From the NCBI RefSeq assembly GCF_006345805.1, contig NC_043025.1, forward strand, positions 15,252,001-15,316,000: a stretch of DNA of 64,000 bases. Reading direction: 5' to 3'. This DNA is from Octopus sinensis. Its lineage: Eukaryota. Positions 49,231 through 59,847 of this stretch are shown in pieces; position 1 is the stretch's first letter, and each line of letters begins with the position of its first letter. The translations under genes and the position numbers were made by a program. The notes below the pieces were generated by a model. It was not told where the DNA came from and ran no database searches. It saw only the letters and a program-made list of their open reading frames with translations.

Positions 49231-52200
49231 CTCTGTTTCTTTCTCACACCCCCCATCACATTTGCTCTCCCTCTCTTATTAAATCTCTGTCTCACTATAC
49301 TACCTCCCACTCTCTTTTCTTCCTCCCCCTCCCTCTATATAAACTATTTCCTTATCCCTGACCCCTAACTCTTCCCTCTCCTCTCTATTGCAGGGTGCCT
49401 CATCAGCCAAAGAGTTCTACAACAAACACCATCGCTGGACTGAGGGACTCCTCTCAGCTGCCAAGGCTGTCGGATGGGGAGCTACTGCCACCATGTAAGT
49501 ATACACCGTATATATAATAATTATTATTTGAGGGAATAAAACCCAAACTTACAAGGAGAAAAATTCAATTTAGAAATCATCATCGTCGTTTAACGTGCGT
49601 TCTCCATGCTAGCATGGGTTGGACGGTTCAACCAGGGTCTGGGAAGCCAGGAGGCTGCACCAGGCTCTAGTCTGATCTGGAAGTGTTTCTACAGCAGGAT
49701 GCCCTTCCTAACGCCAACCACTCCGTGAGTGTAGTGGGTGCTTTTTACGTGCCATCTGCACGGGCCAGAGCAGGCTGGCAAACTGCCACGATCGGTTGGT
49801 GCTTTTACGTGTCACCGACACGGACACCAGTCAGGCGGTGCTAGTATCTGCCACGTTCATACTGTGCTTTTTACATGTCACCAGCACAGGTGTCTTAACT
49901 ACAATTTCCATTTGAATATATATATATATGTGGCTAACCACATGGTTTAGGGTTGGTTTGAGCATCAGGCTTACAATCTTGATGTAAAAGATGGCGTTAA
50001 AAGGATGCTGTGCCCATTCATGTGTGTATAGGAGTGAAATGTTCTCAGTAGTTTTTGGTGTATGATAAATAACTTATATTGTAATAATATAATTGTAATT
50101 TCAAATTTTGCCACAAGGGCAGCAGTTTTGGGGGAAGAGGATAGTTGATTACATCAACCCCCAATGTTTCACTGGTACTTTATTGACCCCAAAGGGGTGA
50201 GAGCAAAGTCAACCTCAGTGAAATTTGAACTCAGAACGTAGCAGCAGACAAAAGGCCACTAAGCATTTTGCCTGACCTGCTAACGATTCTGCCGACTCAC
50301 CTTACTATTAATAATAATAATAACAACTAGTTGGACCTATGAAAAATCCATGGAAAATGTAAAAAATGTAATTATAGGGACACAAATGCACCAACATTGG
50401 TTGTCAAGAAATAGTGGTGGTGGTGATGGGACAAACACAGACACACACACATACATACATATATGATGGGCTTGGAGGTAGTGGTGATGGTGGCTGGTGT
50501 GATTTTGTGGTTTGCTGGTATGCTGAGAGAGATCCAGTGGGCCCCTAACTGGTGGCCGGTGTGTTGGTGATGCCATCTGGTGCAATGGTCTTCCTCACAG
50601 TACTTCGTGGTAGACAATATTCTGTGTGTTTGTCACACCACGTTTTCGCCATTGTTTGTTATCCCAATCGAGGGTCATAATTCTTTGATATTGTTCATTG
50701 CTCATGCTCTTGAAAATGCGAGTTATAATTGGCCGTGAGAAAATACCAGTTGAGGCAAATGTATTCCAACTGTTTCAAATGTTTGCCCTTGAGCCTAATT
50801 AATTGTCATCGAATATGTAAGACGAAGTGGAAACTGAAGTCTGTTTAGTGTGAATGGAATATTTGCATCACTTGGGCTAAGTTTAATTCTGGGAATTAGA
50901 AGTGTACGACCTCTGTTGGAGCCTCTTACCAATGATGCCTCTACACAATGTTCATGAAGTCTTTGCACTTTCATGCAAGTTCCATTACTCAAAATATTTC
51001 TTAGCAGCATTACAATAGACCCTATTTTTAAGTTGAGACAATGAGGAGGCAAACCGGATGGAGTGAGTGAGTTTATGAATTCAAATGGATAGTTCTGAAC
51101 CTCCTCTTCCTTATTGCAGGACACTGAATCTGTGCTTAAGTACGTTTTAAGGGCCTCTGGTATAATGTTAAGGACTTTTTCATTTATTGCAAGACAGAAT
51201 TTTTAGGAGATAAAATTACTCGTTTTTCCATTTCTTCTGGCGTGCAGTTGTTGAAAATTTCTGGGTACAAATGAAAATGCAAAAGAACAAAATAATAAAT
51301 GGATTTTTGAATAAAAGTTTGGTAATTGTGTTTATTTCCCCCACGAGACACTTATTATTGCAAACACATTTTAACTAACCTATACTATACGCACACACAA
51401 ATACTTTCATATATGTCTCGAGTTGTAGCTGTAATTCAAAGGGGCCAGCCTTGTCATATTCTGTGTGAGGCTGAATCTCCCTGAGAACTTGTGAGTTAAT
51501 TTTATCCTCGTGTGGTAATGAAAAGTGAAATTGGCATCCAATATTTGCTGTGTGTATGTATCTATGTATGAACTTTTCTTTGGATTTATGTATCTACTGT
51601 GTCTCTCTCTTTCTCTTTCACTTCCTCTGTGTCCCTCTTCTCTCCCGCTTTTAATTTAACAATGTGTGTATGTATATATGTATCTACTTTTCCTGCAATT
51701 TATTAAACATTTAAAAACACAAAATGAACATCACCACCACTCACTGTCTTTCTCACTCTTCTCTTTCTCTCTTACTTCCTCTCCTCCTCTCTCTTGCTTT
51801 GCCACTTCTTTGAAGTGTGACACACACAACAGGTACATACAAAAAGAAAAAGTTAGCGTATTAATATTGTTAATAATAGTAGTAGTAGTAGTAGTAGTAG
51901 TATAACAATAATAATGATACATACACATATATACACTCACACACTCATGCATAATTGTCTGTTTGTTGTTCCAGGGAGGCTGCTGATAAAGTTGTCCAGG
52001 GTGAAGGCAAATTTGAGGAACTAATTGTGTATTCCAAAGAGATTGCTGCCAGTACAATCCAGCTAGTGGTTGCCTCGAAGGTCAAAGCTGACCGCAACAG
52101 CAAACATCTCAAAGAACTGACCGATGCCTCAAAGAAGGTCAACCAAGCGGCCGGAAAAGTGATTGGTTCAGCTAAAACAGGGGCAAACGCTATCGAAGAA

Positions 52201-55200
52201 CGAAGTAAGACATTTTATCTTGTCTAACAAGATTTTCTTTATCTTTTGCTACGGCCATGCTGGGGCACTGACTTGAAGGGTTTTAGTTGAATAAATTGAC
52301 CCCAGTACTTTGTTTGTTTTTTCTGTAAAGTCTATTAGTCTCTCTTTGCCATACTGCTAAGTCACACTTATACACACACAAATATATTTTCTCATTCCTT
52401 TTAACCTATATGGTTTCCATGACATATAAGTGACCAAGATAGCAACACTCCCTGAATGGGGGAGTGTCTGTTGCAGGGTCCAAGGCCAGGAATTTTGAGG
52501 GGAAGGGATGGACAAGTTGATTCCATGAACCCCCTACACTCGACTGATTCTTTAGTTGAATGACCCCACTGAAAAGATGAAACGCAAAAGATGACCTCAG
52601 TAAGATTTGAACTCACAAAATAAAGAGTTACAAGAAATGCCTCTAAGTATTTTGCCCAACATGCTAACAATTCTGCTAGCTTACCTTGGGGGGGGGCATA
52701 AAAACCATCCGATTGCCAACCTCTTGACCGCACCACAATGCCTGCTGCTCTTTGCTCTTGTTTTTTTTGTTTTCATCATTGTGGTCAGGTCATTTTTGTA
52801 TTTTGATTTTTTTCCTTCATCATCAATCTTTCTTTAACCCTAGGCATCTGTCTCCCAGTCGGCAAAATATCATCGTCCTTCCTTTGTTCATACACCTTTA
52901 AAAGTTTTAATAAATTTTCTTAATTCTGCTCCACCCATCCTTTCTGTTCTCCTTGTATCAGTCTATCTTGATAAAGTCCCTCAATCTGTTCTCCTTCCCT
53001 CAACTTGTAATGTCCCCTCTGTGTCCCACTGGTGGCAATAAAATGAATCATTCTTATCCTGTCTCCTCCCCAGGTTTAATGGACTTTTCCAGTCTAAACT
53101 TACATCAGACCAAAAAGCAGGAAATGCAGATAAAGGTGAGTAAATGACCACCCCTGAAGAATTGGGTTTCACAATAAACCAACAAGAGATCTTCTCTATG
53201 GTAGCTAGGCATGGTAGAAATAACAGCCAAATGTCCCTCAATTCACACCCTACTGTCTTATGTATCTATGAGCCAATGAGGGAGACATCTACATGATAGC
53301 TAGATCTGGTAGAAATAGCAGCCAAACCAAATCTCCCTCAAGTCACACCCTACTCTCTTACATGCACGTGCATATATATATGTGCGTACATATTTGCACA
53401 CACACATACATGTATATACATACTCACACACACACATGCATATACATACATATATTCATATACACATGTGTACATAACTCTCCACCTATGTTTCTATCTC
53501 ATCATCATCCGCTTTCCATGCTGGCATGGGTTGGACAATTTCACTGAAAACTGTTAAGCCAGAGGGCTGCACCAGTTTCCAATCTGATTTGGCAAGATTT
53601 CTACTGCTGGATGCCCTTCCAAACATCATCCACTCTGAAAGTGTAGTGGGTGCTTCTTATGTGCCACTGGCACGGGTACCATTGACCTGACGCCGCCATC
53701 GGCCACAACTATGGTCTCACTTGGCTTGACAGGTCAACACAAACATGGGATATCACCAGAGGTCTTGGTCACCTGTCACTGCCTCCATGGGGCCCAGTAC
53801 TCAAATGGTGCTTTTTGCATGCTGGTCAGATGGCACTGGCATCAGTCGCAACCACACACACACACACACAATACATAGACACAACATTTAGTACCTGTAT
53901 CAAAGTCCAATGCTTTAATTAACAGGTGTTGATTCTTGAGATGGAGAAGGACTTGAAGAATGAGTATGAGAAATTAAGCAACATTCGCAAGCACCATTAC
54001 CAGCTGGCTGGTGAGAGTGAAGGCTGGGATGTTGAAGAGGTAAGTAGCTGGGTCTTCTTAATTCCACTTTTGCTTACCATTCCATGTGGTCTGTTTATTT
54101 TTGTCTGACTGACTAATTGACAATATATATATATATGTATATAAATATATATATATATAAATATTTATATATATATATATAAAAAATAGAAGTTGAAAAT
54201 GCACTGGGAATAGTTAAAATATTTTTTATTAATCGATTTAAAGCTTTAACCGGTTTCACAGTTTACACAGATTTTCTATTTGAACTTTTTGAAAATCTGT
54301 GAAACTCGTTAAAGCTTTAAATATATTAATAATAAAAAATATTTTAACTATTCTCAGTGCATTTTCAACTTTTATTTTTCCTATATTTCTACCCATGTGG
54401 AATAGAATAATTTTGTTTTTTACTTACATACAGGCTGCGTAAGGTATTTGAGGACAGATTTATGTTTATAAAAAAAACAGATATATGATAACAGATAATA
54501 ACCTTATTTATCAGAAAATGCTTTGAGGATAGAAATAAACCTTCTTTTCTAAAATGTTATTCAATAAAGCCACCTTCAGCTTCAACAACTGCTTCTATAT
54601 GAGATCTACATTCTCGAATCAAGTGATCCTTGTTCATTTTGGACATTACTCTGACTATGGCAGCTTTCAAAGAATCTTGGTGTTATGGGCATGTTCATTG
54701 ACCTCTCTCTCAACAATGCTCCACATGGATTAAGATCTGGGGAATTAGGAGGCCAAATGTTAGGGGTTGTGTGATCATGAAAACTTTCAACCATCCATTC
54801 TTGTGTTACTAGAGCCATGTGTGATAGTGCAGAGTCTTACTGAAACACATATGGCCTTCCACTGCATACACCGTCTATCCAGGGCTTAGCAATTATTTCC
54901 AGGATCTCAATGTAGACAGCAGAGTTAACTCTAAGTCCTTGTGGGAAGAAGTAAGGAGGCATCACATGTCCTTCATTGCTAACAACTTGTAAAACCATGA
55001 CAGTTGCAGGAAATTTTGTATGCATAACACTTGAAACTTCAGAAGGGTCTGCACATAACCTGTCTGTCATTTCTTCTGTTAACTTTTTGATCTTGGTCAA
55101 AGATTTTCTCGTTTGAGAAAAACCAAATCAAATCTTCTTCTGCTGAATTTTTCAGTTTGTTTAAGAGCCTTTTACATCTGATGTAGTGATTTTCTTTGCT

Positions 55201-55848
55201 TTTTCTGACAATTGACCTTTCCTCATCATATAAGACTTATATCTGATGTCTTTGTGGACAACATTTCTGACTGTTCCTTCTGACACATGAAGATCTTTCG
55301 CAATTGACCTCAAGGACTTTCTGAGATTGTAATCAATAGTCTGTTGAACTTGTTGGATAAATTCAGGTGTTCTTAAGACTTCAGAGCATTTAGAATGCTT
55401 TTTATGCTTTGATACTGGTGATACATTTCCATCTTCAGTCTCTAACTCCTTACAAACTTTGTAGACGAAAGATCTGGCAACTTTTAAAAATCAAGATATT
55501 TCTAAATTGCTATGCTCAGCCTTTATAACCACAGTAAGAGCATGCCTCTTCATTTCTTGAGTAAGCTGAGGGTCTGCCATTACTATTTTCTGACCAAAGA
55601 TTATATAGAGTTAACAAAAAATGCAGCAATGATCCAAAAAGTATATCCTCAAATACCTTACACACCCTATGTATATATAAATATATATATCTGTAATATA
55701 TGATATGTGACAATTATTCAGTTGCCATAATAAAACTCTGAGTTTCAGATGTCGGGGCAACCAAATAATTGTCACATATTACAGATAAATTCCTCTATTT
55801 ACATAATGAGGTCTCATTCATTCTTTTGTTGTCTTACCATTACTATTA

Positions 55849-55881
<33 letters not shown>

Positions 55882-56169
55882 GTTTGAAGTGGGGTACAGA
55901 TATTGTATATTAAAAAAAAGAAGGCAGTTAGAATTTGGGTAATTCTTTATTTGTGTTGTTGTTTGTTGATGAGGATTTTTCAAAATAAATTTTATAAGTT
56001 TCTTGGTTTTTATACAAATGGTGAGGAGGGGAGGGAATGGAGGAAAGATAGGGAGGAAGCACTCTCCATTTGTATAAAAAACGAAGAAACTTTCTAGAAA
56101 ATTTATTTGGAAAAAATCTTCATGAATGGATGACAGCACTAATAAAGAATTATCCAAATTCTGACTGCC

Positions 56170-56225
<56 letters not shown>

Positions 56226-58246
56226 ATATATATATAAATATTATATATATATATATAAAAAATAGAAGTTGAAAATGCACTGGGAATAGTTAAAATATTT
56301 TTTATTAATCGATTTAAGCTTTAACCGGTTTCACAGTTTACACAGATTTTCTATTTGAACTTTTTGAAAATCTGTGAAACTCGTTAAAGCTTTAAATATA
56401 TTAATAATAAAAAATATTTTAACTATTCTCAGTGCATTTTCAACTTTTATTTTTCCTATATTTCTACCCATGTGGAATAGAATAATTTTGTTTTTTACTT
56501 ACATACAGGCTGCGTAAGGTATTTGAGGACAGATTTATGTTTATAAAAAAAACAGATATATGATAACAGATAATAACCTTATTTATCAGAAAATGCTTTG
56601 AGGATAGAAATAAACCTTCTTTTCTAAAATGTTATTCAATAAAGCCACCTTCAGCTTCAACAACTGCTTCTATATGAGATCTACATTCTCGAATCAAGTG
56701 ATCCTTGTTCATTTTGGACATTACTCTGACTATGGCAGCTTTCAAAGAATCTTTGGTGTTATGGGCATGTTCATTGACCTCTCTCTCAACAATGCTCCAC
56801 ATGGATTAAGATCTGGGGAATTAGGAGGCCAAATGTTAGGGGTTGTGTGATCATGAAAACTTTCAACCATCCATTCTTGTGTTACTAGAGCCATGTGTGA
56901 TAGTGCAGAGTCTTACTGAAACACATATGGCCTTCCACTGCATACACCGTCTATCCAGGGCTTAGCAATTATTTCCAGGATCTCAATGTAGACAGCAGAG
57001 TTAACTCTAAGTCCTTGTGGGAAGAAGTAAGGAGGCATCACATGTCCTTCATTGCTAACAACTTGTAAAACCATGACAGTTGCAGGAAATTTTGTATGCA
57101 TAACACTTGAAACTTCAGAAGGGTCTGCACATAACCTGTCTGTCATTTCTTCTGTTAACTTTTTGATCTTGGTCAAAGATTTTCTCGTTTGAGAAAAACC
57201 AAATCAAATCTTCTTCTGCTGAATTTTTCAGTTTGTTTAAGAGCCTTTTACATCTGATGTAGTGATTTTCTTTTGCTTTTTCTGACAAATTGACCTTTCC
57301 TCATCATATAAGACTTATATCTGATGTCTTTGTGGACAACATTTCTGACTGTTCCTTCTGACACATGAAGATCTTTCGCAATTGACCTCAAGGACTTTCT
57401 GAGATTGTAATCAATAGTCTGTTGAACTTGTTGGATAAATTCAGGTGTTCTTAAGACTTCAGAGCATTTAGAATGCTTTTTATGCTTTGATACTGGTGAT
57501 ACATTTCCATCTTCAGTCTCTAACTCCTTACAAACTTTGTAGACGAAAGATCTGGCAACTTTTAAAAATCAAGATATTTCTAAATTGCTATGCTCAGCCT
57601 TTATAACCACAGTAAGAGCATGCCTCTTCATTTCTTGAGTAAGCTGAGGGTCTGCCATTACTATTTTCTGACCAAAGATTATATAGAGTTAACAAAAAAT
57701 GCAGCAATGATCCAAAAAGTATATCCTCAAATACCTTACACACCCTATGTATATATAAATATATATATCTGTAATATATGATATGTGACAATTATTCAGT
57801 TGCCATAATAAAACTCTGAGTTTCAGATGTCGGGGCAACCAAATAATTGTCACATATTACAGATAAATTCCTCTATTTACATAATGAGGTCTCATTCATT
57901 CTTTTGTTGTCTTACCATTACTATTAATACATATATATATATATATATATATATAATGTTTGAAGTGGGGTACAGATATTGTATATTAAAAAAAAGAAGG
58001 CAGTTAGAATTTGGGTAATTCTTTATTTGTGTTGTTGTTTGTTGATGAGGATTTTTCAAAATAAATTTTATAAGTTTCTTGGTTTTTATACAAATGGTGA
58101 GGAGGGGAGGGAATGGAGGAAAGATAGGGAGGAAGCACTCTCCATTTGTATAAAAACGAAGAAACTTTCTAGAAAATTTATTTGGAAAAAATCTTCATGA
58201 ATGGATGACAGCACTAATAAAGAATTATCCAAATTCTGACTGCCTC

Positions 58247-58339
<93 letters not shown>

Positions 58340-58611
58340 CATACTGACACACATGCAAACATTTCAAAAGTATGTAGATGTCATCGTTTTTGAAAGATTT
58401 CTTTCTGGAAACAAACTAATGTCATTTGATTCCTTGAAATGGTTAATCTAAGATTTAGCAGACTTGATGTTTTATGCTATTCTAAATGGTTTAATTAATT
58501 TGGGTGTCATAACAATGCACAGATAAAATGATATGAGGGGTGGCTATTCACTTTTGAAATGCTTTTGTGTGTGTGTGTGTGTCTCTCTCTCTCTCTCTCT
58601 CACTATATATA

Positions 58612-58652
<41 letters not shown>

Positions 58653-59035
58653 TAGAAAAAAAACATCTTTTATCAATTCAAAATGAACAATTAAATTACA
58701 CCATCTAGAAAATTACATATAATAGAAATATTAAAATTAAAATAACAATAAAATTTCAATGATTAAGTAAATTGCAAAATAATAATAAAAACGTATACAA
58801 TTGATAGAATAACGACAATTTACTTAATCATTGGTATGTTATTGTTATTTTAATTTTAATATTTCTATTATATGTAATTTTCTAGATGGTGTAATTTAAT
58901 TGTTCATTTTGAATTGATAAAAGGTGGTTTTTTTGTAATTTTTTATATATGTATTATATTTTGTGAAATTTGATTTAATATTTCTAAATTGAATTTTTTT
59001 CCCTGTAAGTTTGGATTTATATTCCCTCAAATAAT

Positions 59036-59083
<48 letters not shown>

Positions 59084-59798
59084 AAAGAGTGTTGTAGTTG
59101 GCTTGAAGCATTGTAGTACAGAACCAAAATACGAAATTGCAATGCAGAGATGAAACTTGTAAAACCTTTTCTGTATTTAGGGTACAAAGACCCATCTTCA
59201 GAAGTGTATAGTCAAAGAAATGTGGTCTCTGTAGATCCTGCCATTTGGGGAGCTGGATGGGACTGTACACTTCTGAAAAGGGAATGGTTTTTTTCAACTT
59301 TCATCTCTGCGTTGTTTCTTTTCCACTCACCAAAGAGTTTGGTATTTTGGACAAGTTAGAAAGAAATTCCTGTTACAATTCAACAAAAGAAACAAACACT
59401 TCTTTAGTCTTTTCACATTTCAAGGGAGAAAAATTTCCCAAATGAAACTGGTCAGACCCTTGTTTGACAAATCCAGACTCTTAAAACTTTGTTGCCATTT
59501 GAACGAATAATTCTTTCCACTTTCATTGCTGGAGATCTTCCTTTGAATTCAAGCAGCGTCCGATGTGGGTTTAACCTAAACTTATATTAAAAGGCTAAAG
59601 AAATGAATACAAATTTAACCACTATGCTCTCATATAATCTACAAAGAACATTAGGAGGTAAAAATCAATTCTTATTTTACCCAAAGTAATGAAAAATTAA
59701 CCACAAAATGATCATCTCAGAAACAGGACAGAACTTTGTTTCAAACCTCTCTCACACACACAGACACACATGTGAAAGGACATTTAATTTTATTTATT

Positions 59799-59847
<49 letters not shown>

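Larger units (their letters stand above)
54170..58335. repeat. Tandem direct duplication, 2 x about 2.08 kb
   Basis: Offsets 2075-2078 throughout; bounded by (TA)n. Confidence 0.95.
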
